55,880 nt of DNA from an uncultured Candidatus Saccharibacteria bacterium (GCA_964616075.1 CAZTRA010000002.1:40473-96352); one strand, 5' to 3'. Counted from the first letter of the stretch, positions 42,353 through 52,362 are shown. Numbers and translations: made by a program. Notes: generated from the sequence alone by a model not told the origin.

Positions 42353-43399
42353 CTAAATCTCTTTCAGTTTTGCGTGGACTCGCGTAAGAAGTTCATGTTC
42401 CAGTTTTGGATTTTCTTTTAAGAATTGACGTGTGGCATCATAGCCTCTGCCGAGCTTCACTTCTTCACCTTCGGTAGGTAGGTAGGTATAGCTTCCGCCG
42501 GTAGATTTTTTAATAAACTCCATTTTTTCTCCCAATGCGATAAGTTCACCTTGCCGAGAGATGCCCTCGTTGTACATTAAATCAAATTCAGTTTGTTTGA
42601 AGGGTGGGGCAACTTTGTTTTTAACTACTTTGACACGGACGCGCCCTCCTACTACCTCTTCTCCTTTCTTAATTTGGGCGATACGTCGAATATCCATACG
42701 TACTGAAGTGTAAAATTTTAACGCTTTGCCACCTGGAGTGGTTTCTGGATTGCCAAACATGACACCAATTTGCATGCGTATCTGGTTGATAAAGATGACC
42801 ACTGTTTTAGATCGAGCCACAATAGCAGTTAGTTTTCTAAGCGCTTGTGACATGAGTCGTGCCTGTTTTCCTACGTGTTGTGCTCCCATGTCGCCCTCAA
42901 TTTCATCTTTTGGTGTGAGAGCGGCTACTGAGTCAATAACAATGACATCAATTTTGCCTGAGCGAACAAGTGACTCAACAATTTCAAGTGCCTGTTCACC
43001 GGTGTCTGGTTGAGAAACAAGTAATTCGTTAATTTTAACCCCGATACGTTTCGCGTATTCAGGATCAAGTGCGTGTTCTGCATCAATAAAAGCCGTAATC
43101 CCCCCTTGTTTTTGTGCTTCAGCGACAATATGTAAGGTAAGAGTCGTTTTTCCGGATGATTCTGGTCCGAAAATTTCAATAATACGCCCTCGAGGAACAC
43201 CACCGATACCGAGTGCAGCATCGAGGCCAATCGAGCCTGTTGGTATCGCATTGACATCAACTTTTGGAGCTTCACCGAGCATTAAAATCGAATCAGTACC
43301 AAATTTTGTTTTTATTGCATTAATGGTATCGGCAAGCTCGGTTGGTGTCCGATCCTTTTTCTCCTCAGTATCAACATTCTTTTTCTTTCCTTTGATCAT
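42353..43399 (-). CDS. recA: Recombinase RecA.
   Basis: Walker [10 protein letters not shown], plus L1/L2 and full-length RecA similarity. Confidence 0.97.
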   Translation of the reverse strand: MIKGKKKNVDTEEKKDRTPTELADTINAIKTKFGTDSILMLGEAPKVDVNAIPTGSIGLDAALGIGGVPRGRIIEIFGPESSGKTTLTLHIVAEAQKQGGITAFIDAEHALDPEYAKRIGVKINELLVSQPDTGEQALEIVESLVRSGKIDVIVIDSVAALTPKDEIEGDMGAQHVGKQARLMSQALRKLTAIVARSKTVVIFINQIRMQIGVMFGNPETTPGGKALKFYTSVRMDIRRIAQIKKGEEVVGGRVRVKVVKNKVAPPFKQTEFDLMYNEGISRQGELIALGEKMEFIKKSTGGSYTYLPTEGEEVKLGRGYDATRQFLKENPKLEHELLTRVHAKLKEI

Positions 43400-43740
43400 G
43401 GTGATAGAACAGTAACTGTCCGTACTATTTTTTTATTAAAACGGCCGATTGCTTCAAGGGTGAGTACATTATACCCCTGTGGCACGAGTACCGTCTCTTC
43501 AAAAATACCCAATTCATTGGTGTAAATTTGTCTCCCGTTTAGATACAAAAATGATATGTTAGTTGCCTTTCCGGTGATAGTGGTTACGGAAGAGGAGAGG
43601 GTTTGGCCAGGTGACGGGGTATTGATAATAAGTGTTGGTCCAATGAGCGAATTACGAAGCTCAAAACCAGAATATCCGCCAACAGTCAAAATGAGCCCGA
43701 TAAAAAAGATTTTTTTTAGTAGAGAGCGTGCGCCGATCAT
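43396..43740 (-). CDS. Small secreted or membrane-anchored hypothetical protein (Ig-like beta-rich).
   Basis: An N-terminal hydrophobic segment. It is sandwiched between ftsK and recA with 4-nt ATGA overlaps on both sides. Confidence 0.6.
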   Translation of the reverse strand: MIGARSLLKKIFFIGLILTVGGYSGFELRNSLIGPTLIINTPSPGQTLSSSVTTITGKATNISFLYLNGRQIYTNELGIFEETVLVPQGYNVLTLEAIGRFNKKIVRTVTVLSP

Positions 43741-46004
43741 GTGGGTTGGGTCTCTTCCGGGGGCTGGAGGTTATCGAGTGCTATTCGGTCTCTCGGTGTT
43801 TCTGCGCCAGTAGTTTCACCTGAGTGGGTGAGTAGTTCGCGCGCCTTACTTCCGGAGGTTGCTGGTCCCACGATACCCCGAGATTCAAGTTGGTCGATAA
43901 TTTTTGCGGCTCGTCCATATCCAATACTCAATTTCCTCTGCAAGAGAGATGTGGAGGCCTTATTCTCACGCATAATGATTTCCAAGGCGTCTTCATATAA
44001 TTCATCTTCTGTGTCGCTATCTACTAGCGTTGCTTTGCCCCCGTCCGAAAGCACATCTTTTCCTTGGAGTTCGGCTGCAAAATCTATTGGAGTTATGAGA
44101 CGGTCAGCTCCTGCTTTTTTCAAATAGGACACAGTCCCTTTTACCTCTGGTTCTGATATGAACGCTGATTGGAGACGGATTGGTTTTGACATGTCAGCTG
44201 ATAAGTACAACATGTCACCTGCGCCGAGCAAGTTTTCCGCACCGCTCATATCAAGGATAGTTCGTGAATCTATTTGAGATGCAACTTGCAGTGCGATGCG
44301 GGCTGGAACGTTCGCCTTGATGAGACCGGTGATGACATTTACAGAAGGTCGTTGTGTGGACAAGATAAGGTGTATACCAACAGCGCGGCTCATCTGTGCG
44401 AGACGAACAATAGATGCTTCTAATTCGCGTGGGAAGGTTGCCATAATGTCGGCAAGTTCATCAATAATGATGACAATGTAAGGCATGGCGGGAGGAAGTT
44501 CTGTGCCGGCTACCTCTTCTTTTTCTTTGGAAGTTTTTTTGTATTCGTCAATTGCGGGGTTGTATACGTTTGTTTGGTACGAATGAATATCTCGAACGCT
44601 GTGTTGTTCAAGGATGTCATATCGTCGATCCATTTCTTTTGCAGCCCAACGTAGGGCGCCAATAGTTTTTTTTGCGTCAGTCACTACTGGTGAAATTAAA
44701 TGAGGAATGCCGTTATATAAGGTAAGCTCCACACGTTTTGGGTCAATCATGATGAAGCGTAGTGCTTCAGGTGCGTTTTTATAAAGTAAAGAGTTAATAA
44801 TAGCGTGTATGGTAACTGATTTACCTGAACCCGTGGCGCCCGCAATTAGGAGATGGGGCATTTTTGCAAGGTTGGCAAAGCGTGCGGTACCCGTGATATC
44901 TTTGCCGATTGCAGCAAGGAGAGGATGAGGTGATTTTTGATACTCATCTTGAGATAAGAGTGAGCCTAACCCGACTGTAGCTTTACTGGTGTTTGGTATT
45001 TCAATACCTACAAGTGACTTTCCTGGGATGGGAGCTTCGATACGTATAGGGTGGGCGGCGAGCATATATGCCAAATTGTCTTGCAGGCCAACAATACGAG
45101 AGAGCTTCACACCTTCCGCGGGTTTCAGGGCGTAGCGGGTAACCGAAGGGCCGATAGTTACATCATCCATTTCTACATCAATACCAAAGTTTTGGAGGGT
45201 ACGTTTAATGATATTCATTTTTGCTTTTACGTCTCCGCTTCCTGCTTTTCCGCTATCCCGCTCAAGGAGTGATAGGGGAGGGTTCTCCCATGGCTCCAGT
45301 GTGACGACTTGTGATCGAGGTATCTCGAGGGTATTTATAGCGTTCCCCGACGACGGTTCCCTCTCGACTTCTTCAGAGGTTTCGGACGTATCACTTTCTG
45401 ATATATTTTCTTCAATATCTTCAGGCGATTCATCTAGTTTTTTTTGTGTCGTTAGAGCTTCTTCCGGTGTACTTGTGGTATCTATGATAGCAGGCTCACG
45501 CTTCTTGTTTTTGAAGGCAATAAATGCACGTTCAAGTCGTACTGTAATATCAATTAGTGACACATCAAAGATAATAAAGAGCGAGACGAGAATACCCGTA
45601 GCGAGGAGTGTTGCCGATCCTCCAATATCAAGGAGGTGGACGAGTGGTTTAGCAAGGAGGTTTCCAATGGCCCCTCCTTTGTTATCAGAAAAAATTGCCA
45701 CAAAACCGAGCGTTGAAATAAAGAAGAGAAGGGCGCCAGAAGAACGGAGTATCGTAAATGATCGTTTTAGTGAGAATGCAAGGGAAATCGAAATTAAGAA
45801 CAAAAGGAGTGGAATAACAAAGAGGGCGACACCAAACGTCTTAGTAAGACTTTCTTTTATAAGTAAACCAGCAACACCGGCCTTGTTGATAAGGGCAAGA
45901 CTACTAACAGTTGCAAATAAGAAAAGGATAATCGAGGCAATGCCACGCTTTGTTTCTGGTCTGAGAGCTGGTGTTGTTTCATTTTTTTTCCTTGATGCGG
46001 CCAT
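43737..46004 (-). CDS. ftsK: DNA translocase FtsK/SpoIIIE.
   Basis: Four N-terminal TM helices, an acidic linker, a motor domain with Walker A AGATGSGKS, and a C-terminal gamma wHTH domain. Confidence 0.95.
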   Translation of the reverse strand: MAASRKKNETTPALRPETKRGIASIILFLFATVSSLALINKAGVAGLLIKESLTKTFGVALFVIPLLLFLISISLAFSLKRSFTILRSSGALLFFISTLGFVAIFSDNKGGAIGNLLAKPLVHLLDIGGSATLLATGILVSLFIIFDVSLIDITVRLERAFIAFKNKKREPAIIDTTSTPEEALTTQKKLDESPEDIEENISESDTSETSEEVEREPSSGNAINTLEIPRSQVVTLEPWENPPLSLLERDSGKAGSGDVKAKMNIIKRTLQNFGIDVEMDDVTIGPSVTRYALKPAEGVKLSRIVGLQDNLAYMLAAHPIRIEAPIPGKSLVGIEIPNTSKATVGLGSLLSQDEYQKSPHPLLAAIGKDITGTARFANLAKMPHLLIAGATGSGKSVTIHAIINSLLYKNAPEALRFIMIDPKRVELTLYNGIPHLISPVVTDAKKTIGALRWAAKEMDRRYDILEQHSVRDIHSYQTNVYNPAIDEYKKTSKEKEEVAGTELPPAMPYIVIIIDELADIMATFPRELEASIVRLAQMSRAVGIHLILSTQRPSVNVITGLIKANVPARIALQVASQIDSRTILDMSGAENLLGAGDMLYLSADMSKPIRLQSAFISEPEVKGTVSYLKKAGADRLITPIDFAAELQGKDVLSDGGKATLVDSDTEDELYEDALEIIMRENKASTSLLQRKLSIGYGRAAKIIDQLESRGIVGPATSGSKARELLTHSGETTGAETPRDRIALDNLQPPEETQPT

Positions 46005-46159
46005 GTGAGTTTTTTATATTGATACTCAATAATAACACGGTGCTGTGAGCTGTTTGTGTGTGGGCACACTGAGACACGAGCTGAGAGTTTATGGTAGTTG
46101 TGTACACAGGCGTGCGTACTATAATGTCTTTAATACGATGTTTGTATAAACAAAAAGAC

Positions 46160-46951
46160 ATGAATATTAGTAACCAAAAAGGACATTACTCTGTAAAAGA
46201 CAAGGGTCTAATATCAGAGAATCTGGAAGGAATAGGGGGCATAAGAGACTCGTATTCAAAGGAGTATGTCTTTAAAAAAACAGATAGGATCGTATCTGCA
46301 CTGTACGCGGTCACGCGCCATTTAAAGGACAGCGAACCAGCTAAGGGGTCAGTACGCGAAGGAGCCGTTGAGCTAGTACGATTAATCACCCTTCTTGATT
46401 TAGCTGAAGATGGGGAGAGTGGTACATTGCTTGCGCGTATTGGCGCCATAGTGCTCCGTATGGTTACTTTGCTTGAGGCGCTTACGGAATCATTTCTTAT
46501 TTCAAGGGAAAATTGTGCGATTCTTCGAAAAGAATTGCTATTATTTGTTCGTTTTGTTGTTACGTTAGGTACCGGCTCTTCTTTACGTCTCGATACACAA
46601 ACATTTGCGGTACCTTTTTTAAAACGGGGTAAACGGGGAGATGTTCGATCGGGGGCACGAAGTGAGGGTTCGGACAGTAGTGTTATTAAAGACATTAATC
46701 AAGAAAAGCCTGTCGGTAATTCAGGTGTAGAAGATAATGTTATAAAGGACAAAATTCAAAATTCAAGTAGAACAGAAGCGATATCTTCCTTATTAAAGAC
46801 AAAAAGTGATTTAATGGTCAAAGACTTTCTTACGGTCTTACCCGGTATTAGTGAAAAAACCATTCAACGTGAATTGTCTGTTATGGTCGCACGAGGAATT
46901 ATTAAAAAATCTGGGTTGCGCCGGTGGACTCGATACTCAATTGTTAGTTAG
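46160..46951 (+). CDS. Hypothetical protein with a C-terminal winged-helix DNA-binding-like domain.
   Basis: The C-terminus (FLTVLPGISEKTIQRELSVMVARGIIKKSGLRRWTRYSIV) is DeoR/wHTH-like. The start is ATG 46160. Confidence 0.55.
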   Translation: MNISNQKGHYSVKDKGLISENLEGIGGIRDSYSKEYVFKKTDRIVSALYAVTRHLKDSEPAKGSVREGAVELVRLITLLDLAEDGESGTLLARIGAIVLRMVTLLEALTESFLISRENCAILRKELLLFVRFVVTLGTGSSLRLDTQTFAVPFLKRGKRGDVRSGARSEGSDSSVIKDINQEKPVGNSGVEDNVIKDKIQNSSRTEAISSLLKTKSDLMVKDFLTVLPGISEKTIQRELSVMVARGIIKKSGLRRWTRYSIVS

Positions 46952-47130
46952 GTGTGCACATACCTTTATGTACTATATATTTGGGTAGATAAAATGTGTG
47001 TTTTTTGTTGGCGATGAATGGTATTAAAATATAAGGTACCAATTTCGAAATTTTATCTTCTTTTGTGGTGTACGTGTGTTGTATGTATTGACGAGTCTCA
47101 AACTTTTATTGGATATCCACATTTATATCT

Positions 47131-47159
47131 TTGCCGCTTCTTGTGTATGGCTCTATAAT
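47131..47159 (+). promoter_or_regulatory. Distal promoter (P1) of the large surface-protein gene.
   Basis: TTGCCG, a 17-nt spacer, then TATAAT (47154..47159). Confidence 0.5.
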
Positions 47160-47357
47160 TGGGCACAGGTGGTGCTCTGGCACGTTCTATGCTAGACTGC
47201 CTATCGCAGAAATACTGTTATTCTTAGGCTTCTGGTCTGTACCGGAAGCATTGCCGTATATCTGTTTTGTTTGTTCGTTGACAAATCTATAGCGAGTATA
47301 TGGCGCTTCGCAAATCACTTTTTGTGGTTGTGCGAACGTTGTAGTTTGTTGCGTGCA

Positions 47358-47386
47358 TTGAAGCAATGTTCAGATATTGTTAGTAT
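47358..47386 (+). promoter_or_regulatory. Proximal promoter (P2) of the large surface-protein gene.
   Basis: TTGAAG, then a 17-nt spacer ending in the extended -10 TG, then TAGTAT. TGTTAGTAT spans 47378..47386. Confidence 0.5.
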
Positions 47387-47460
47387 GTCCCATCACGCAT
47401 TTTCCAAAAGACGCTAGATTGTTCTTACTGTCTTCTTTCCCTGCCTTAAAAGTGGGAAGA

Positions 47461-47469
47461 GAGGAGGTG
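47461..47469 (+). promoter_or_regulatory. Perfect Shine-Dalgarno-like GAGGAGGTG deep inside the leader, ~165 nt before the signal-peptide ATG.
   Basis: This is the only strong SD-like sequence I found in the window. It precedes an in-frame GTG (47480) that would add 51 residues ahead of a canonical signal peptide, so it is probably not the start. Confidence 0.4.
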
Positions 47470-47632
47470 CAACAATATAGTGAGTCAGCTTGTTCTGTCC
47501 CAAAGTGGGAACACTTTGCGGTACGGTACGAGAGTTGATGAACGTACATTTCTCTCCACGTCGAAGAGAAGGTACGTAACTTCTACAGTCCGTTCATTAC
47601 TATTAGAAGTTAATTACAAGTTTTGTTTAGTC

Positions 47633-50600
47633 ATGTCTATCACATATAAATCAAAGACGAAGCAATTCGTTGGAGGATTGCTCGGCCTCTCAATGGCCGT
47701 GTCGTTTGTTTTCGGCGGTGCAGTTGCACCGGCGCAAGCCGCGACAGCTGAGGAGCTCCAGGCGCAAATCGCCAGTCTTCTCGCAACGATCTCTTCTCTA
47801 CAGGCTCAGCTTTCAACGGTGAGTGGCCCATCAACAGGCCCTTCAACCGGTTATGTTTTCAGTCGAAACCTTAAGCAGGGTGACAGCGGCGATGATGTTA
47901 AGAATCTTCAAAAGGTTCTCAACATGAGCGCAGACACCCGTGTCGCTTCAACAGGTGCAGGTTCTCCAGGTATGGAGACCACCACTTTTGGTCCTGCGAC
48001 CAAAGCGGCAGTCATCAAGTTTCAGAACAAGTACGCAGCTGAAGTACTCAGCCCGGTAGGTCTTTCAACTGGTACAGGTTTTGTTGGTGCAGCAACGCGC
48101 GCCAAGTTGAGCGCAATGGGCGGTTCAACTACTGGTTCAACCAGTGGTTCAACTACCGGTTCAACTGGCGGTGTCACAACACCAGTTCCGACAGGTACTG
48201 GTCTTATGGTCAGCAAGCCTGAGCAGCCAGCAGTTTCTTTGGCACCGGCAAACGCAGCACGCGTTCCGTTTACCAAGGTAACCTTCACGGCAGGCTTTGA
48301 CGGCGATGTTCGTATCAACGGCATCGTTGTTGAGCGCGGTGGTCCTTCAACCAACTCTGACTTCTCTGGTATTGTCCTCTTGGACAGTAATGGCGTACAG
48401 GTTGGTATTGCAAAGACTCTGAACTCAAACTATCAGACAACGTTGACTGAACCTCTCACGATTCCTGCCGGTCAGTCACGCACGTACACCATTGCCGGTA
48501 ACATGGGTTCATCGGTTGGTGCAGGAAATATTGCAACCCTTTCAGTTGTGGGTATAAACACGCCGGCAACTGTGACGGGCTCACTCCCAATCACGGGTAC
48601 TGCACAGACAATTAACGGGGTACTCTCAATTGGCTCAGTAACAATGCAGCGTGGCTCCACCGATCCAGGTGCAGCACAGACAAAAGAAGTTGGTACTACC
48701 GGTTACACCTTCTCAGGTGTACGTGTGACTGCAGGTTCAACCGAAAAGGTTGTCTTGAAGTCAATTCGTTGGAACCAGATCGGTTCAGCTTCATCAGCTG
48801 ACCTTTCAAACGTGAAGACGTACGTTGATGGCACCGCCTACGACGTAGTGGTGTCATCAGATGGTAAGTACTACACTTCAACCTTCGGTTCAGGTATCCT
48901 CATTGATAAGGGTTTCTCAAAGGAGATTTCAATCAAGGGTGATATCACTGGCGGTTCACAGCGCACGATTGCATTTGATATTGCAAAACGTGCAGATATC
49001 GGTGTTGTAGGTGAAACTTACAACTTCGGCATCATTCCGCCTCAGACAAACTCATGTGGTGGTTCAAGTGGCGTGAGCTGCTTCACCAACACGGAGGACC
49101 CATGGTATGACGGCGCAACAGTGACAGTCAGCACAGGTACTATCACGGTATCATCTGACTCTGCGGTCGCCGCTCAGAATCTTGCAGTCAATGTGCAAAA
49201 TCAAGTCCTTGGTGGTTTCCAGGTTGAAGTACGTGGGGAGCCGGTTTCAGTCGGCCGCATCGTCTTCAATGTATTTGCTAACGGTAATACAGTAGAGGAC
49301 CTTGAACAGGTTACGATCGTTGATCAGAACGGTGCGGTTATTGCCGGTCCGGTCGATGGTTCTGGAACAGGTCAGGGTGGTACTCTCACCTTCACTGATA
49401 CAGTTACTTTCCCAGTTGGTATCACAAAGATCCAGCTTAAGGGTAAGTTGAACACTGATTTCGTGTCATCAGATACGGTTCAGGCTTCAACAACCGCTTC
49501 ATCACAGTGGACAACGGTGACAGGTCAGAACACGAACAACACTATTACGCCTTCACCAGCAAGCGCGGTGACTGCGTCATTGATGACAGTCAAGGCTTCA
49601 GCACTCTCGGTCAGTGTTTCATCACAACCGACAGCTCGCAGCGTAATCGCTGGTTCACAAGGCTTTGAGTTTGCTCAATATATCTTCGATGCATCTCAGT
49701 CAGGTGAAGATATTCGTGTGACTTCTATCCCGCTCGCACTCTATACGGTAACTGTTACTTCGAATCAGTTGACCAATTGTCAACTCTTTGACGGCGCAGC
49801 TGCAGTCACCTCAGGTAGTAACTTGGTGAATCCGAGCTCGAATAGCTCAAGCACCACGTTCACCTTTGATGGCACAGGTCTCGTTGTTTCAAAGGGTTCC
49901 TCAAAGACCATTTCTTTGAAGTGTAACGTCTCAACGGCGGCAACTTCAGGTACGGTTCAATGGGGTCTTGACTCAGGTCAGCAGTCAAGTTACGCCGCAG
50001 CAACTGGTTTGACCTCAGGTCAGACTGTGTCTGAGACACTCAATGATTCATTGGGTACGATCATGACTGCTGCAACCGGTGGTAGCTATACAGTGACGTC
50101 AGACTCAGCAGTTACGTACACAACTGCACAAGCTGGTGCTACGGGTGTTACACTCGCATCACTTAAGTTTGCTGCAGGTACGAACGAAGATGTTTGGCTC
50201 CGCCAGATTGCACTCCAGCTCTCAAATACCGCTTCAAACTCACCAGCAGACCTTGTTGGTCAGTCGGTGACGCTTTGGAATGGTGCAACGCAGGTTGGTA
50301 CGGCCCAGTTTGGTTTGAGTTCTGGTGATAATGCCACCTCAACGCTCTCTGGTAATGGTGTTCTGTTGTCGAGCAATGGTAACCCAGTCACGATTACCGT
50401 GAAGGGTAACCTCTCAGCACACAGCGCTGTTGAGGGTACGCCGGGCGCATTCGTGGTAGTGAATTATGATGGTGACAACAACGGTATTAACGGTAACTAC
50501 GGCGTCGGTGCGTCATCAGGTACAAACGTTTCTGGTTCTTCAGCTGATACGTCAGTCCCTGGTCTTCGTGTCTTCCGAACTGTTCCAGTACTCGCAGTCA

Positions 50601-51172
50601 CATCAACTGGCGGCACACTCTCGGCAGGTGCCGACTTGTACAAGTTCACTGTTACTAACCCGAATGCTCGCGATGTCTTGGTAACGAAGGTTACCTTCTC
50701 AGTCGCAACGACGGGTACTGCTGCTGCGATGAAACAGTTTACACTCTATGGTGACGGCATCGCTGCAAACAGCTCAGCTGCAGATGCAGTCGGTTCAACT
50801 GGTTCACAGACCTTGACGATTACCTTCGATAACACGACAAATGCTCGTGTTGTACCGGCAAACAGCACCAAGACCTACATCTTGAAGGCTGCAAGTTTGA
50901 CAGCAGGTTCAGGTAACTCTGACTCGCTCTCACTCGCGCTCCTCTCGGATACAGGTTATCCGCAGCTTGCTGGTCTCGTAGGCTCAGTTGCAGATATCAA
51001 TGCGTCAACCGCAGCGACTTCACGATTCATCTGGACGCCGTTCTCAACAACGACTCCGACGAACACTGCAGCAGTCAACGACAATGCAGACTGGACAAAC
51101 AGCTACGGTCTCCCGGGCTTCCCGGCAGTTGGCCAGAGCTTCTCAGTCCAGACATGGACAGTCAATCGCTAA
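47633..51172 (+). CDS. Major surface (S-layer-like) protein. It has a signal peptide, a short coiled coil, a PG_binding_1-like domain, a Gly/Ser/Thr linker, then ~950 aa of Thr/Ser/Gly/Val-rich beta-sandwich repeats.
   Basis: The signal is MSITYKSKTKQFVGGLLGLSMAVSFVFGGAVAPAQA-AT. The coiled coil is EELQAQIASLLATISSLQAQL. The PG-binding motif is DDVKNLQKVL...GSPGMETTTFGPATKAAVIKFQNKY...GTGFVGAATRAKL. The start is ATG 47633 within track ORF 47480..51172. Confidence 0.85.
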   Translation: MSITYKSKTKQFVGGLLGLSMAVSFVFGGAVAPAQAATAEELQAQIASLLATISSLQAQLSTVSGPSTGPSTGYVFSRNLKQGDSGDDVKNLQKVLNMSADTRVASTGAGSPGMETTTFGPATKAAVIKFQNKYAAEVLSPVGLSTGTGFVGAATRAKLSAMGGSTTGSTSGSTTGSTGGVTTPVPTGTGLMVSKPEQPAVSLAPANAARVPFTKVTFTAGFDGDVRINGIVVERGGPSTNSDFSGIVLLDSNGVQVGIAKTLNSNYQTTLTEPLTIPAGQSRTYTIAGNMGSSVGAGNIATLSVVGINTPATVTGSLPITGTAQTINGVLSIGSVTMQRGSTDPGAAQTKEVGTTGYTFSGVRVTAGSTEKVVLKSIRWNQIGSASSADLSNVKTYVDGTAYDVVVSSDGKYYTSTFGSGILIDKGFSKEISIKGDITGGSQRTIAFDIAKRADIGVVGETYNFGIIPPQTNSCGGSSGVSCFTNTEDPWYDGATVTVSTGTITVSSDSAVAAQNLAVNVQNQVLGGFQVEVRGEPVSVGRIVFNVFANGNTVEDLEQVTIVDQNGAVIAGPVDGSGTGQGGTLTFTDTVTFPVGITKIQLKGKLNTDFVSSDTVQASTTASSQWTTVTGQNTNNTITPSPASAVTASLMTVKASALSVSVSSQPTARSVIAGSQGFEFAQYIFDASQSGEDIRVTSIPLALYTVTVTSNQLTNCQLFDGAAAVTSGSNLVNPSSNSSSTTFTFDGTGLVVSKGSSKTISLKCNVSTAATSGTVQWGLDSGQQSSYAAATGLTSGQTVSETLNDSLGTIMTAATGGSYTVTSDSAVTYTTAQAGATGVTLASLKFAAGTNEDVWLRQIALQLSNTASNSPADLVGQSVTLWNGATQVGTAQFGLSSGDNATSTLSGNGVLLSSNGNPVTITVKGNLSAHSAVEGTPGAFVVVNYDGDNNGINGNYGVGASSGTNVSGSSADTSVPGLRVFRTVPVLAVTSTGGTLSAGADLYKFTVTNPNARDVLVTKVTFSVATTGTAAAMKQFTLYGDGIAANSSAADAVGSTGSQTLTITFDNTTNARVVPANSTKTYILKAASLTAGSGNSDSLSLALLSDTGYPQLAGLVGSVADINASTAATSRFIWTPFSTTTPTNTAAVNDNADWTNSYGLPGFPAVGQSFSVQTWTVNR
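48122..48169 (+). repeat. Four tandem 12-nt units, ggttcaac(t/c)nnn, encoding the GSTTGSTSGSTTGSTG linker.
   Basis: Read directly: ggttcaactact, ggttcaaccagt, ggttcaactacc, ggttcaactggc. Confidence 0.85.
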
Positions 51173-51223
51173 ATTTGATCACTTGTGGTCCTCTGTTCGT
51201 CTCATGATGAACTTTGGATGATC

Positions 51224-51255
51224 CAGAAAACCGCCCCCAAAGGGGCGGTTTTCTG
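51224..51255. terminator. Strong terminator after the surface-protein gene (14-bp stem).
   Basis: CAGAAAACCGCCCC-CAAA-GGGGCGGTTTTCTG. Confidence 0.85.
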
Positions 51256-51285
51256 TTTGTAGTGTTTTATGTATAATTCATCATT

Positions 51286-52014
51286 ATGGAAATGAATATA
51301 ATAGACGGTGCTATTCCGAGCGATAATCACAATTCTCGCGGAAATCGAATATATGTATTTGTTGTGATTGCACTACTATTTGCTGCAGTGGCGGGGTATA
51401 TTGTGTGGCAATCATCAAAAAAAGTAGAAACATTGCCTGCTGACGTTGTTGCGATACAAGAAGAACTTGCAAAGAACGGATTACAGGTTGAAGTGACTAA
51501 AGATATTTCAGAGCAGGTGGTGCCTACGATGGCAATACCAGACTTAAACCGACAGCCAGTATTCGGATCTTTTGCAGTATCTCCTTTGAAAGAGCAGGCA
51601 GCATTGAAGATACGGGAATTGCAACAGAATCTTAAAAAAGATTCATCAGTGTTTATGGATTGGATTGAACTCGGACTCACGTTTTCATCGGTTGATGATC
51701 ATGAGGCAGCAATACCGGCGTATGAGTATGCTGCAGCGCTGCGCCCAAAGAGTGCACTTCCTCTCGCCAATATGGGGTTTGTGTATGGGTGGCATCTAAA
51801 AGAGCCGCTTAAGGCCGAAGCGGCGTATAAAAAAGCACTTGAGATTAGCCCAGGTGAGTGGTATATCAATCAGCAACTGTTTGAGTTGTATCGGGATGTG
51901 ATGGGTGATTACAAAAAGGCCCGCTTCTTTGCTGAGACACAAATGAAAACGGTACCTGATTTTGCACTCAATTTCAAACAATTGATTGCTGACCTTGATC
52001 GTCGCAGCCAATAA
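51286..52014 (+). CDS. Membrane-anchored TPR-repeat protein.
   Basis: An N-terminal TM helix (IYVFVVIALLFAAVAGYIVW). The C-terminal half has TPR-like A/Y/L spacing (AIPAYEYAAALRP, AEAAYKKALEISP). Confidence 0.7.
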   Translation: MEMNIIDGAIPSDNHNSRGNRIYVFVVIALLFAAVAGYIVWQSSKKVETLPADVVAIQEELAKNGLQVEVTKDISEQVVPTMAIPDLNRQPVFGSFAVSPLKEQAALKIRELQQNLKKDSSVFMDWIELGLTFSSVDDHEAAIPAYEYAAALRPKSALPLANMGFVYGWHLKEPLKAEAAYKKALEISPGEWYINQQLFELYRDVMGDYKKARFFAETQMKTVPDFALNFKQLIADLDRRSQ

Positions 52015-52017
52015 TAT

Positions 52018-52155
52018 ATGCAGGATCGTATGTTTTTAAAAATGGTAATTACGTTCCTGTGCGTACTCGGGGTAAGCCTTAGTGCACTTCTTTTTCTTCA
52101 TGGCATAAAAAAAGATGATACCCAATCAGCAGCGGTGATTTTGTTGGAGGAATAA
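52018..52155 (+). CDS. Possible 45-aa single-TM micro-protein.
   Basis: The ATG is 4 nt after the TPR gene's stop. The product is MQDRMFLKMVITFLCVLGVSLSALLFLHGIKKDD... The ORF is below the track's length cut-off and has no other support. Confidence 0.3.
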   Translation: MQDRMFLKMVITFLCVLGVSLSALLFLHGIKKDDTQSAAVILLEE

Positions 52156-52182
52156 TGCGACGATTAATTGGCTTTTGATTAG

Positions 52183-52210
52183 TTGACAGAATCATTTTTT
52201 ACCGTAGTAT
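52183..52210 (+). promoter_or_regulatory. Promoter of rplJ-rplL.
   Basis: TTGACA (52183..52188), a 16-nt spacer, then TAGTAT (52205..52210). Confidence 0.6.
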
Positions 52211-52216
52211 GTCTTT

Positions 52217-52362
52217 TGTACGGCCAAAGACCGTAGGTTTCACTCGCAAAAGGTGAATTAAGTGCCATAAGCAACCTACCGAGGCGGACAATATTGATCA
52301 GATGTTGTTCATTTCTCCTCCGGCCGGACAGGTCGATTTTTATTTTATTCTTTTACAATCAC
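52217..52362 (+). promoter_or_regulatory. Structured ~145-nt leader upstream of rplJ (candidate L10 autoregulatory leader).
   Basis: GTAGGTT (52233..52239) pairs with AACCTAC (52273..52279) around a ~33-nt insert. The palindrome TCCGGCCGGA and a T-rich tract lie just before the ATG. The assignment rests on position and structure only. Confidence 0.4.

Noticed and set aside
45208-46008. A 266-aa plus-strand ORF.
   Set aside because: It lies antisense to the N-terminal membrane and linker part of ftsK, which has unambiguous family motifs. The product is Ser/Arg-rich low complexity. The same reasoning applies to the other long antisense ORFs inside well-supported genes: 2042..2389, 5793..6188, 11763..12233, 14032..14544, 26254..26739, 40881..41360, 46186..46695 and 54091..54720.
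47480-47632. The GTG 47480 start (with a perfect GGAGGTG upstream) for the surface protein, as given by the ORF track.
   Set aside because: It would put 51 residues (including RR and KRR runs) in front of a textbook Sec signal peptide that begins at ATG 47633. The SD-like box is better explained as a leader element. This is kept as a testable alternative in the findings.
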